Below are positions 33,778-44,426 of a DNA stretch of 64,000 nucleotides, one piece after another. Source of the stretch: TPA_inf: Saccharomyces (Eukaryota); NCBI GenBank assembly GCA_000146045.2, contig BK006935.2:32001-96000 (forward strand), read 5' to 3'. How positions within the stretch are numbered: the first letter of the stretch is position 1; every line of letters begins with the position of its first letter. A model generated the notes under the pieces. That model did no database searches. It was not told the origin of the DNA and saw only the letters and a list, made by a program, of their open reading frames with translations. The translations under genes were made by a program, and so were the position numbers.

Positions 33778-35520
33778 TCAGCGAGTTTTCTTGAGGTTGC
33801 TACTATCATTAAAATCACAATCCACAGAGGAAGTTGATCTCTTTTTCAGTTGGGTGGGGGCAGAGCATGGGTGAGCAGTGGCCATGGGTCTAACAGGAAA
33901 TAATCTTTTTGAACGCACAGATAAATTTTGTAATAATTTTCTATTTGACATTAGAGATGGGGTGGTGGGAGTTAGTGGGCTTGGCCAAAAGATGCTTGAA
34001 TTTTGTGGGATGCTCAGTGACCTTTTAAAAGAATTTTGGGTAGAAGAGAACGAACCTGAATGTGAATGGTGTGATGCAGAGTCTGGGGTCGTCATTGAAC
34101 TTGAAGTCTTGTAAGGGGAATTGAATGGAGATGGAGAGGATGAAGATGAGGTTGGAGTGAAGGCAAATGGTGGAGAAATGCTATCTTTGGTCAACCTTCT
34201 TAAATGAGTGTGATCCGAGAAATAGTCTGTGGCCGCAGATGAAACCGTAGCGCTCTTTGGAGTAGTAGCATTTGAGTAAACACAAGTCAATGAATCGCTG
34301 TCAAAGGACTGAGCAAAGATAGTATTGTACATGGTTTCCAATTCTTGTGAACGGTAGAATTCTTCCAGTTTCAATTGAATACAATAGTTTTGTAATGCGT
34401 CTAAGAGAGATTTTGCTAAAGATGTCTTATTGCTATTCAAATATTTTGATTTGAAACTGGAGGGGAAAGAATTTTGGTCCATTGCTATATCCAATAAAGT
34501 ATTAGAGATTTCTGACAATTTAATATCTAGGTCTTGGCAGTTTTCCTCCAAAGCCAGATTGATATTTTCCCAAAGGTTTGAATTATAGTAGTTCAAAGAT
34601 AATTTGATGAGGTTAATTGCACCCAGCGCAATTAGTGAACGATCATATTTAAATGATAATTCGAGATTGAAGGAAGCTAACTCGCACAACATAATGGCAC
34701 CCAATTTGATCTCGTTGATGTTCAAAGAGGGGCCTTGAGAAGAGGACGATTTATTAATAGCAGTACCAGCAGCGTTATTTAATAAGGCCAGTTTCTGTTG
34801 AATGAAAGCTTCCAAAGGGGCAGAAAGGACAACGCCAGGCGATAACGGGGACGTAGATTGGAACAAGAAGATGTCGATGTAGGAGTCGAATGTTGCCGAC
34901 TGACAGATGGACCAATCGAGTGATTTGAAAAGATGCATTTCCATAGTCGTGAATTGCTTTATAGAATATTGATTGCAACACAAGTTTTGCAAGACTTTCA
35001 AAGTGGCCATTCTATTCTTGGAGTCCCAAAATTTGGACGAAATCCAAAGCGCGGTCAAGGACAAGAGCTGGTAGTTGTAACTCTTGATAATGAACCGCGA
35101 GGAATACTTGTCCAAGATAGTGAAAGTAAGGAACAAAGTCGAGGTCGATAGATTGAGTCTTGTGTGACAGTACATGATGAAGTCAAAGATCAAGAAACGC
35201 ATCTTCGGATTAACTTGTGGCTGAGAGTTGAAGTTAGTCAGGTTGTACAGCGGCCTTTCTGTGTGGGAAAGACGGAAATAGTGGTCCAATTGATCATTAT
35301 TGTATTCGCTGATCGCTGAGTGATGTGCTTGCAATTCTCTTTTAACGAGATTAGGGTTTTTAGACTTTGCACTAGCAATGGCCCGCCTCTTTTGCAAGAG
35401 CAAGGGCAAATTAGGACATGAGGCAGCGCTGACAGAGGCGGCAGTGGCGGTGGAAGTGCCACTAGCGGTAGCATACCTTGCATTAGCGTATCTAATTATG
35501 GTATCCTTCAATATGGCCAT
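33778..35520 (-). CDS. CLN3: G1 cyclin, 580 aa
   Basis: Cyclin box MRFLIFDFIMYCHTRLNLSTSTLFLTFTILDKY... and a C-terminal PEST-rich region. 580 aa. Confidence 0.95.
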   Translation of the reverse strand: MAILKDTIIRYANARYATASGTSTATAASVSAASCPNLPLLLQKRRAIASAKSKNPNLVKRELQAHHSAISEYNNDQLDHYFRLSHTERPLYNLTNFNSQPQVNPKMRFLIFDFIMYCHTRLNLSTSTLFLTFTILDKYSSRFIIKSYNYQLLSLTALWISSKFWDSKNRMATLKVLQNLCCNQYSIKQFTTMEMHLFKSLDWSICQSATFDSYIDIFLFQSTSPLSPGVVLSAPLEAFIQQKLALLNNAAGTAINKSSSSQGPSLNINEIKLGAIMLCELASFNLELSFKYDRSLIALGAINLIKLSLNYYNSNLWENINLALEENCQDLDIKLSEISNTLLDIAMDQNSFPSSFKSKYLNSNKTSLAKSLLDALQNYCIQLKLEEFYRSQELETMYNTIFAQSFDSDSLTCVYSNATTPKSATVSSAATDYFSDHTHLRRLTKDSISPPFAFTPTSSSSSPSPFNSPYKTSSSMTTPDSASHHSHSGSFSSTQNSFKRSLSIPQNSSIFWPSPLTPTTPSLMSNRKLLQNLSVRSKRLFPVRPMATAHPCSAPTQLKKRSTSSVDCDFNDSSNLKKTR

Positions 35521-35823
35521 CGTACAGAAAGCGTATCAAATCAGTGTCTTGAACGAGAGTAAAAGGGAGATGCAATGGAATGTAAGAAATGCTATGGGTC
35601 AGAAAAGAAATGCAGAGGAGTTAAACCGAATGAGGAAATGCAATGGATACGTTAAATTGGAGATGTGAGATTGCGACTGGGACTCGGATGGATGCTTGCT
35701 TTTGGATGCTAGTACAGAGAAAAAAGAGGGAGAAAAGAAAAGAGAAATAGAAAAAGGTTGGTTTAAGTCGGCAGAGGAGACTACTCGGGCAATTCGTTTC
35801 CTAATGGGTATAGTCCTCTTTCC

Positions 35824-35835
35824 TCAGAAATCCAT
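35824..35835 (-). promoter_or_regulatory. CLN3: Three-codon uORF (ATG GAT TTC TGA) in the CLN3 5' leader at -315
   Basis: The + strand 35824-35835 reads 'tcagaaatccat'; its reverse complement is ATGGATTTCTGA. The A of the ATG lies exactly 315 nt upstream of the CLN3 start. A translational-control uORF at -315 is established for CLN3. Confidence 0.75.
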
Positions 35836-36097
35836 TTGACTGGCAGACTCAGTAGTAGAAGAAAAAATCAAGAAAGAAATTGTGTGAAAGTATACTACAC
35901 AAGAAAATGTTTAAGAAGAAGATTAAAAGCTCGAGGAAAGTACAGATATACAAATTATAAATAGGTAGGAGGAAGAAAAAAAAAAGATGAGGGCAAAAAC
36001 CCAAGGCCAAATATGGAAATGTGGCAGAGGGACACACTAATCCGATAGTAAATTTATGTAACTTGATCATTACAGTGAGAGCAGGCTTGGTAATTTC

Positions 36098-36142
36098 TTT
36101 TTCTTGCCTGATAATTTTTCACTTTTTCTTTTTTTTTTTCTT
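36098..36142 (-). promoter_or_regulatory. CLN3: Three A2GA5 (AAGAAAAA) repeats in the CLN3 sense orientation; candidate Azf1 / glucose-response elements
   Basis: The + strand TTTTTCTT occurs at 36098-36105, 36123-36130 and 36135-36142, which places the repeats -578 to -622 from the CLN3 ATG. Confidence 0.45.
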
Positions 36143-36409
36143 GAAAGTTCACAATTTAGGGTTTGAGCACAGCGTTTGGTTGCGACACTTCCCCAGAAGG
36201 AAAACCGGCCTCTTTGGCTGGGGAGGGAAGAAGGGGGAGGAGAGCTCAGAAAGCCCTATCGCGATATGAGGGACCGATCTGTATCAGCATACTTTCGGTA
36301 TCATCACGGTCGCAGGATAGAGATAGTGAATGAGTTAGCTGTTTTACAGGCCAAGCGTTCAAACGAGACGAATGGCGACATTTGCCCGTCAAGAAAACCC
36401 GCCGAGTTT

Positions 36410-36425
36410 TTTCCTAAACGGGTAA
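36410..36425 (-). promoter_or_regulatory. CLN3: Early-cell-cycle-box (ECB; Mcm1 plus flanking) element about -890 from CLN3
   Basis: The minus strand reads TTACCCGTTTAGGAAA against the ECB consensus TTtCCcnntnAGGAAA. Confidence 0.55.
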
Positions 36426-36715
36426 AACAGCCATGCACCGCAGCACGTCGACGAGGTGATATTTCCAATTTGGGAAATTTCCCAAATCAGTAATGTAGCC
36501 TCTACGGGTGTCTCTGTCAGCCCCGTGGTCGCCAGCACAGAATGTATCGTACCCCTGAAGGTAGTTTTTTACCGCCGTGGCACACGATAAAGGTGCACCT
36601 TGTGATAATAAGGTGGAAAAATATATATGAAAAAGTGAAATTGATTGTGGCTGCACTAGGACATCATTATTTCTTACTTGGCTATTTACACGTACTTACG
36701 CTGGCTGTATATCAT

Positions 36716-37525
36716 TTAAGGGGCGGAGGACGAAGAGGACGGACCCGAGATCATCCGGTCCAAGAAACGGGTCATCCGGTCCTTAGCATTGTCTAGACTA
36801 TCTAGGGCAGGACGGACATCCACGTGGAAAGTAGGCATTCCGTTTTCGTCGTCGGGCCCTCCGTAGAAATCCAAGACGTATCTAACTTCCTTGAAGGTTG
36901 GAGGTTGTTGTTCCGCTTTGCGCTCGCCTCGGAGTACAATCCAGTCGTGCCTGTCGAATGGTAGTTCTTGGCTAAAATGGGACGGAAACAGTAGGCCGCA
37001 CAGGTGCATCCAGCGAGCACGAGGGCTCAATACGCCCGGTTTCCCCATGAATTTCAGCAACTTAGGCTGCACGTGGCTTTCATCTGTGTGCGGTTTTTCC
37101 CATTCGAGCACTTCCTGCCAGCACCCTTCATTTAGAAAGTTGTGGACCTGCACCATGGACTCCACTGCATCTTCGGCGACTTCGCCGCTACCGCCAATCT
37201 TGCCCTTTCTAACCATAGCATTGTACATCTGTTGTGGAGAAGGATACTCCCAGAACTCGTTACTGTCTGGACTCTTGGGGATGCTGGAGATGGTCCGATC
37301 AACGGGCAAGTCCATCTTTTGGCCAGGCTGTTTGGATGCTGCCAACTCCGGCATATTGTTCAGCGGGTTTATTCTATCGTTATCTCCCTGCATAACGGGG
37401 CACTCAGAGGATGGTGGCGACGACGACGACGACTCGTGCATGACTGGGCACCCTGACATGGATGATACTGCTGCCCCACCAATATCTTTGCCCGTAGTTT
37501 TTTGATCTGCCCAAAACCAACCCAT
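36716..37525 (-). CDS. CYC3: Holocytochrome-c synthase (cytochrome c heme lyase), 269 aa
   Basis: Two CPV heme-regulatory motifs (SGCPVMHE and SECPVMQG) and the conserved CCHL core. 269 aa. Confidence 0.93.
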   Translation of the reverse strand: MGWFWADQKTTGKDIGGAAVSSMSGCPVMHESSSSSPPSSECPVMQGDNDRINPLNNMPELAASKQPGQKMDLPVDRTISSIPKSPDSNEFWEYPSPQQMYNAMVRKGKIGGSGEVAEDAVESMVQVHNFLNEGCWQEVLEWEKPHTDESHVQPKLLKFMGKPGVLSPRARWMHLCGLLFPSHFSQELPFDRHDWIVLRGERKAEQQPPTFKEVRYVLDFYGGPDDENGMPTFHVDVRPALDSLDNAKDRMTRFLDRMISGPSSSSSAP

Positions 37526-38418
37526 TTTTTGTAGTTTCTGTTGTATTTGCTCTGCTTTATTCGTGCTACTCGTATGTGTATGCTATCTTATTAGCTGCCT
37601 ATTTCATTTCTCTTAGTATTCGCATTTAAAGCTGAGAAATTTTTTGATAATCATTTCCCGATGAAAAGAAAAAAGGGAAAAAGTCGATAAAAAGAGGTAA
37701 GCGAAAAGAAAAAGAAAAAATAGAAAATTTGGGTGGGGGGGGCGGAAGATCCCACGCCGCGCAAGAGATATTTCAATATTACTACTACATAGTATATGCG
37801 GCGCTACCATACGTACAACTTTTTTTTCTTTTTTTTTTTTTTTGCCTTCTAAATTTGTAATTCGGTCACACTTTTGTCGCAGTGTTGCAAACGTCTTGAA
37901 AGAATTGTAGGTGTTGTAAACCACAACTTGCTCCCTTGAAAGCGTTGCTGATTATTTCCTTTGAACCTGTTGCATTGTTGTATTGTTGTATTGCTGCTGA
38001 TGTTTTAGGCACTTAGTATTAGATATTCCTAAGCCTCCCTCACCATAAATTACCTTTATTACTTGCATGACTATTATTAGCAGAGCATGTAGTATGGGAC
38101 TCAAGACCGATATGATACACACCAAAGACGTAGGCACCGGCGATTAAATCAAAGGCTCCGATAGCCGAAAAGTGAGAAGAAAAAAAAAGGAAAAAAAGGA
38201 ATTGTCCTAATGAGCGGTGTGGCCGACTTGCCATAATATCAGTTAGGGCTACTATCAATGTTTTATCTACGTTGGAGTAAGATCGTTTATCACTTCCATA
38301 TTTGGACCAAATGAAAAGTTCAATCGGCCAAGTATTTCATGGATGGAATGACGTTTGGTAAGGAAGTGCTTTTTCTTTTTCCACATATTTTCCCTTTCTC
38401 TCGGGGAAATTTTGTTTC

Positions 38419-38429
38419 TAAACATAAAA
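38419..38429 (-). other. Perfect ARS consensus sequence; candidate origin core in the CYC3-CDC19 intergenic region, possibly ARS106
   Basis: The minus strand reads TTTTATGTTTA, matching WTTTAYRTTTW, and sits in an A/T-rich 2.2-kb intergenic region. Confidence 0.4.
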
Positions 38430-38906
38430 AATAAAGCAACAGCAAAAAAGAGGGTCTGTCCAGCGAATAAGAAGAAAACCTCCTTTTCGGCTTTTGAAGA
38501 TAGGTTGCAGTTGTCTGCGGGCACAAAATGGGCAATTTTTTTAATACTTTTTACGTATGAGACAAGATTTTTTTCGCCAATTATATCGCATGAAGAATAA
38601 CCAGAGTTTTTCTCCGAACGTTAAGGGAGTTGAAGTAAAAATAAAGAAAGGACCAAATGAGAATGGGTATGCTTGGTCTTAGTCTTCGAATCAAATTCTG
38701 CTTCCCTGTTCATGGCAACGTCACCTCAATTATTTGGAAAGGGGGGGTTTTCCGACTTTATTTGAGATGACTTGAGATGTGTGTCAATGCTAGTATTTTG
38801 GAGATTAATCTCAGTACAAAACAATATTAAAAAGAGGTGAATTATTTTTCCCCCCTTATTTTTTTTTTGTTAGAATTGATCCAAATGTAAATAAACAATC
38901 ACAAGG

Positions 38907-38928
38907 AAAAAAAAAAAAAAAAAAAAAA
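38907..38928 (+). repeat. Poly(dA) tract, A22
   Basis: Homopolymer A22 in the CDC19 upstream region. Poly(dA:dT) tracts are nucleosome-excluding. Confidence 0.9.
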
Positions 38929-39131
38929 TAGCCGCCATGACCCCGGATCGTCGGTTGTGATACGGTCAGGGTAGCGCCCTGGTCAAACTTCAGAACTAAA
39001 AAAATAATAAGGAAGAAAAAAATAGCTAATTTTTCCGGCAGAAAGATTTTCGCTACCCGAAAGTTTTTCCGGCAAGCTAAATGGAAAAAGGAAAGATTAT
39101 TGAAAGAGAAAGAAAGAAAAAAAAAAAATGT

Positions 39132-39152
39132 ACACCCAGACATCGGGCTTCC
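39132..39152 (+). promoter_or_regulatory. CDC19: CDC19 UAS1: Rap1 site ACACCCAGACATC with an adjacent Gcr1 CT box (GGCTTCC)
   Basis: ACACCCAGACATC at 39132-39144 and CTTCC at 39148-39152, which lie -654 to -634 from the ATG. The Rap1 plus CT-box architecture is typical of glycolytic-gene UAS elements. Confidence 0.65.
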
Positions 39153-39585
39153 ACAATTTCGGCTCTATTGTTTTCCATCTCTCGCAACGGCGGGATTCCT
39201 CTATGGCGTGTGATGTCTGTATCTGTTACTTAATCCAGAAACTGGCACTTGACCCAACTCTGCCACGTGGGTCGTTTTGCCATCGACAGATTGGGAGATT
39301 TTCATAGTAGAATTCAGCATGATAGCTACGTAAATGTGTTCCGCACCGTCACAAAGTGTTTTCTACTGTTCTTTCTTCTTTCGTTCATTCAGTTGAGTTG
39401 AGTGAGTGCTTTGTTCAATGGATCTTAGCTAAAATGCATATTTTTTCTCTTGGTAAATGAATGCTTGTGATGTCTTCCAAGTGATTTCCTTTCCTTCCCA
39501 TATGATGCTAGGTACCTTTAGTGTCTTCCTAAAAAAAAAAAAAGGCTCGCCATCAAAACGATATTCGTTGGCTTTTTTTTCTGAA

Positions 39586-39593
39586 TTATAAAT
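39586..39593 (+). promoter_or_regulatory. CDC19: TATA box (TATAAATA) about -200 from the CDC19 ATG
   Basis: The consensus TATAAATA lies in an AT-rich context upstream of a highly expressed gene. Confidence 0.5.
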
Positions 39594-39785
39594 ACTCTTT
39601 GGTAACTTTTCATTTCCAAGAACCTCTTTTTTCCAGTTATATCATGGTCCCCTTTCAAAGTTATTCTCTACTCTTTTTCATATTCATTCTTTTTCATCCT
39701 TTGGTTTTTTATTCTTAACTTGTTTATTATTCTCTCTTGTTTCTATTTACAAGACACCAATCAAAACAAATAAAACATCATCACA

Positions 39786-41288
39786 ATGTCTAGATTAGAA
39801 AGATTGACCTCATTAAACGTTGTTGCTGGTTCTGACTTGAGAAGAACCTCCATCATTGGTACCATCGGTCCAAAGACCAACAACCCAGAAACCTTGGTTG
39901 CTTTGAGAAAGGCTGGTTTGAACATTGTCCGTATGAACTTCTCTCACGGTTCTTACGAATACCACAAGTCTGTCATTGACAACGCCAGAAAGTCCGAAGA
40001 ATTGTACCCAGGTAGACCATTGGCCATTGCTTTGGACACCAAGGGTCCAGAAATCAGAACTGGTACCACCACCAACGATGTTGACTACCCAATCCCACCA
40101 AACCACGAAATGATCTTCACCACCGATGACAAGTACGCTAAGGCTTGTGACGACAAGATCATGTACGTTGACTACAAGAACATCACCAAGGTCATCTCCG
40201 CTGGTAGAATCATCTACGTTGATGATGGTGTTTTGTCTTTCCAAGTTTTGGAAGTCGTTGACGACAAGACTTTGAAGGTCAAGGCTTTGAACGCCGGTAA
40301 GATCTGTTCCCACAAGGGTGTCAACTTACCAGGTACCGATGTCGATTTGCCAGCTTTGTCTGAAAAGGACAAGGAAGATTTGAGATTCGGTGTCAAGAAC
40401 GGTGTCCACATGGTCTTCGCTTCTTTCATCAGAACCGCCAACGATGTTTTGACCATCAGAGAAGTCTTGGGTGAACAAGGTAAGGACGTCAAGATCATTG
40501 TCAAGATTGAAAACCAACAAGGTGTTAACAACTTCGACGAAATCTTGAAGGTCACTGACGGTGTTATGGTTGCCAGAGGTGACTTGGGTATTGAAATCCC
40601 AGCCCCAGAAGTCTTGGCTGTCCAAAAGAAATTGATTGCTAAGTCTAACTTGGCTGGTAAGCCAGTTATCTGTGCTACCCAAATGTTGGAATCCATGACT
40701 TACAACCCAAGACCAACCAGAGCTGAAGTTTCCGATGTCGGTAACGCTATCTTGGATGGTGCTGACTGTGTTATGTTGTCTGGTGAAACCGCCAAGGGTA
40801 ACTACCCAATCAACGCCGTTACCACTATGGCTGAAACCGCTGTCATTGCTGAACAAGCTATCGCTTACTTGCCAAACTACGATGACATGAGAAACTGTAC
40901 TCCAAAGCCAACCTCCACCACCGAAACCGTCGCTGCCTCCGCTGTCGCTGCTGTTTTCGAACAAAAGGCCAAGGCTATCATTGTCTTGTCCACTTCCGGT
41001 ACCACCCCAAGATTGGTTTCCAAGTACAGACCAAACTGTCCAATCATCTTGGTTACCAGATGCCCAAGAGCTGCTAGATTCTCTCACTTGTACAGAGGTG
41101 TCTTCCCATTCGTTTTCGAAAAGGAACCTGTCTCTGACTGGACTGATGATGTTGAAGCCCGTATCAACTTCGGTATTGAAAAGGCTAAGGAATTCGGTAT
41201 CTTGAAGAAGGGTGACACTTACGTTTCCATCCAAGGTTTCAAGGCCGGTGCTGGTCACTCCAACACTTTGCAAGTCTCTACCGTTTAA
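39786..41288 (+). CDS. CDC19: Pyruvate kinase 1, 500 aa
   Basis: [33 protein letters not shown]... Codon usage is extremely biased (GGT/TTG/AAG/GCT/GTC), typical of highly expressed glycolytic genes. Confidence 0.97.
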   Translation: MSRLERLTSLNVVAGSDLRRTSIIGTIGPKTNNPETLVALRKAGLNIVRMNFSHGSYEYHKSVIDNARKSEELYPGRPLAIALDTKGPEIRTGTTTNDVDYPIPPNHEMIFTTDDKYAKACDDKIMYVDYKNITKVISAGRIIYVDDGVLSFQVLEVVDDKTLKVKALNAGKICSHKGVNLPGTDVDLPALSEKDKEDLRFGVKNGVHMVFASFIRTANDVLTIREVLGEQGKDVKIIVKIENQQGVNNFDEILKVTDGVMVARGDLGIEIPAPEVLAVQKKLIAKSNLAGKPVICATQMLESMTYNPRPTRAEVSDVGNAILDGADCVMLSGETAKGNYPINAVTTMAETAVIAEQAIAYLPNYDDMRNCTPKPTSTTETVAASAVAAVFEQKAKAIIVLSTSGTTPRLVSKYRPNCPIILVTRCPRAARFSHLYRGVFPFVFEKEPVSDWTDDVEARINFGIEKAKEFGILKKGDTYVSIQGFKAGAGHSNTLQVSTV

Positions 41289-41420
41289 AAAAAGAATCAT
41301 GATTGAATGAAGATATTATTTTTTTGAATTATATTTTTTAAATTTTATATAAAGACATGGTTTTTCTTTTCAACTCAAATAAAGATTTATAAGTTACTTA
41401 AATAACATACATTTTATAAG
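41289..41420 (+). terminator. CDC19: CDC19 3' end-formation region
   Basis: AT-rich sequence with a TATATAAA efficiency-like element and A-rich positioning elements just after the stop. Confidence 0.4.
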
Positions 41421-42019
41421 GTATTCTATAAAAAGAGTATTATGTTATTGTTAACCTTTTTGTCTCCAATTGTCGTCATAACGATGAGGTGTTGCATTTT
41501 TGGAAACGAGATTGACATAGAGTCAAAATTTGCTAAATTTGATCCCTCCCATCGCAAGATAATCTTCCCTCAAGGTTATCATGATTATCAGGATGGCGAA
41601 AGGATACGCTAAAAATTCAATAAAAAATTCAATATAATTTTCGTTTCCCAAGAACTAACTTGGAAGGTTATACATGGGTACATAAATGCAGATGCCAGTG
41701 AACTATGTTCAGCTTCTGGCCTTCGTTTGGTGGTTTAATCTATTTTTTATAAAAAATGACGCGGGCAGATTCAATTAGTGTCCTAAATTTATTCGCGTTT
41801 CAAGATTTCAAAGGATTGATCCTCTTATCAGAAACGATAAGTGCTACTCCGTCCTATTCTTCTAGCCATCTAGTACGTATTCTTTTCATAACATAATCCC
41901 TTATTTACAGAATGTGTTTCGAAGAAAAATTAATTAGATGGGAAGAAAACTGAAGTGGCTTATATAATCAGTGACATAGTGCCAATAATTACGCAAAAAG
42001 CAAAGGAAATAACACTGCT

Positions 42020-42823
42020 ATGGATATGGAAATCGAAGATTCAAGCCCCATAGATGACCTGAAGTTACAAAAACTGGATACCAATGTTTATTTTGGACCC
42101 TGTGAGATATTGACACAACCTATTCTTTTGCAATATGAAAATATTAAGTTCATCATTGGTGTCAATCTAAGTACTGAAAAGATAGCGTCGTTTTATACCC
42201 AGTATTTCAGGAACTCTAATTCGGTAGTCGTGAATCTTTGCTCACCAACTACAGCAGCAGTAGCAACAAAGAAGGCCGCAATTGATTTGTATATACGAAA
42301 CAATACAATACTACTACAGAAATTCGTTGGACAGTACTTGCAGATGGGCAAAAAGATAAAAACATCTTTAACACAGGCACAAACCGATACAATCCAATCA
42401 CTGCCCCAGTTTTGTAATTCGAATGTCCTCAGTGGTGAGCCCTTGGTACAGTACCAGGCATTCAACGATCTGTTGGCACTCTTTAAGTCATTTAGTCATT
42501 TTGGAAATATCTTGGTTATATCATCACATTCCTATGATTGCGCACTTCTCAAATTTCTTATTTCCAGGGTGATGACCTACTATCCACTAGTGACCATCCA
42601 GGATTCTTTGCAATATATGAAAGCAACCCTGAACATATCCATCAGTACATCCGATGAGTTCGATATTCTGAATGATAAAGAACTGTGGGAGTTTGGCCAA
42701 ACCCAGGAAATTCTAAAACGTAGGCAGACGAGCTCAGTCAAGAGGAGATGTGTCAATTTACCAGAAAACTCTACGATCGATAACAGAATGCTTATGGGTA
42801 CCACAAAGCGAGGTCGCTTTTGA
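42020..42823 (+). CDS. Protein of unknown function, 267 aa (YAL037W)
   Basis: ATG-initiated 267-aa ORF MDMEIEDSSPIDDLKLQKLDTNVYFGPCEI... I recognise no motif by eye. Confidence 0.8.
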   Translation: MDMEIEDSSPIDDLKLQKLDTNVYFGPCEILTQPILLQYENIKFIIGVNLSTEKIASFYTQYFRNSNSVVVNLCSPTTAAVATKKAAIDLYIRNNTILLQKFVGQYLQMGKKIKTSLTQAQTDTIQSLPQFCNSNVLSGEPLVQYQAFNDLLALFKSFSHFGNILVISSHSYDCALLKFLISRVMTYYPLVTIQDSLQYMKATLNISISTSDEFDILNDKELWEFGQTQEILKRRQTSSVKRRCVNLPENSTIDNRMLMGTTKRGRF

Positions 42824-43042
42824 AGAGCCCTCGGTAGCATAACATTTTTAATTATTACGACTGTTTTTTTTATTCATTATGTAGAGATAATTAAATGTTA
42901 TAGATGCTCTATACTCAAACGGTGGAAGAAAAACAGCGAAAAAAAATAACCGATACCCCCTTTTCGAATACAAATGCTTGTATATTCAATTATGAATTAT
43001 TTTTTTTTTTTTTCATTTCTTATATTATTTTTTGTTCGAGAA

Positions 43043-44152
43043 TCACTTTTTCAAGATGGTAACAACATCTTCGTCTTCCAAAATGTGACTCAACCCCACG
43101 TATTGAGGTTGATGTTTGACACTGCTACCGTAAACCAGAGCATTTCTAAAGTCGTCCACTAAAGATTTATGAATTTGGTTACAAAAATCCTTGACACTGC
43201 AACGGTCTGATCTTAGCACCACAGGGTCGGTAAAATCTGGTATTTGGCCCTTTGGTTTAGTGTAAATACGGACTAGATTTAGTCTATCCCACATGACTTG
43301 CAACAGCTCGTCCAAGTTCCAATCTTGACCAGACGAAATAGGCACGGCATTAGGAATTCGGTAAAGTAATTCCAATTCCTCTATTGACAGAGAATCAATC
43401 TTGTTTAACACATAGATGGCAGGCATGTATCTTCTTGACGAAGCTTCCAAAACATCAATCAAATCATCCACAGTGGCATCACACCTGAAGGCAATCTCAG
43501 CGCTATTTATTCTGTACTCGCTCATAACGGCTCTGATTTCGTCATTCCCCAGATGGGTCAATGGGACTGTGTTTGTGATGGAAATACCACCTTTCTCTTT
43601 TTTTTTGATCAAGATATCTGGCGGAGTTTTATTCAGACGAATCCCCACACCTTCCAGTTCCTTCTCAATGATTTGCTTATGATGCAAGGGTTTGTTCACA
43701 TCTAGGATGATAAATAACAGGTTACAGGTTCTTGCCACGGCAATAACTTGCTTACCTCTACCTCTACCATCCTTAGCACCATCGATAATACCAGGTAAAT
43801 CCAACATTTGGATCTTGGCACCTTTATAACGAATGACACCGGGGACGGTAACCAGGGTGGTAAACTCGTACTCAGCTGCTTCAGACTCAGTACCAGTCAA
43901 CTTGGACAGTAATGTAGATTTCCCCACCGACGGGAACCCGACAAACCCCACACTGGCCACACCAGTTCTAGCCACATCAAAACCAATACCAGCACCACCA
44001 CCGCTGCCGGATGAAGCACTGGTCAACAATTCTCTTCTCAGTTTGGCCAGCTTGGCCTTCAGTTGACCCAAATGGAAAGATGTGGCCTTGTTCTTTTGGG
44101 TACGGGCCATTTCATCTTCGATAGCTTTGATTTTTTCAACTGTAGTAGACAT
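43043..44152 (-). CDS. RBG1: Developmentally-regulated GTP-binding protein (Obg/DRG family), 369 aa
   Basis: G1 motif GFPSVGKST, a G4 NKID motif and a C-terminal TGS domain. The first codon of the ORF-track call is TTG (revcomp of + 44159-44161 'caa'); the first ATG is at 44150-44152 ([12 protein letters not shown]...), which gives 369 aa. Confidence 0.9.
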
Positions 44153-44426
44153 TTTGCTCAATCAACAACTCTACGCTTGCACCTACTGCATCTAGCTTCA
44201 AACACTTCCTATCATTGCGCCCTCATCACACCGTAATATCCCATCTTAAAAGTGGAAAACTCTTATAGCTCATCGATGAAAAAAACGGGCCCTCGTCGCT
44301 TGTGATGTGAAAAAATTTTTCAAGCTTTAAGCCCATTGAAAGCAAGAGATCTTGCACTAGAATAAGTGGCAAAGGTGAACTTTGAGGGGATAAGAAGGGC
44401 AATCAGGAACATCAGATAAGTGAAAG

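Noticed and set aside
36461-36490. Possible second full ECB at TTTCCCAAATCAG
   Set aside because: It lacks the AGGAAA arm; only the overlapping TTTCCAATTTGGGAAA palindrome is retained as a weak Mcm1-like candidate.
36891-37505. 204-aa plus-strand ORF antisense to CYC3
   Set aside because: Contained entirely within CYC3 on the opposite strand, with a low-complexity product.
38856-39143. 95-aa minus-strand ORF in the CDC19 upstream region
   Set aside because: Driven by poly-A/T tracts (F/K runs) in promoter DNA; not coding.
40326-41300. 324-aa minus-strand ORF, plus the 39813-40313 and 40214-40696 ORFs, antisense to CDC19
   Set aside because: Low-complexity translation entirely inside the highly codon-biased CDC19 sense ORF; this is a stop-codon-depletion artefact.
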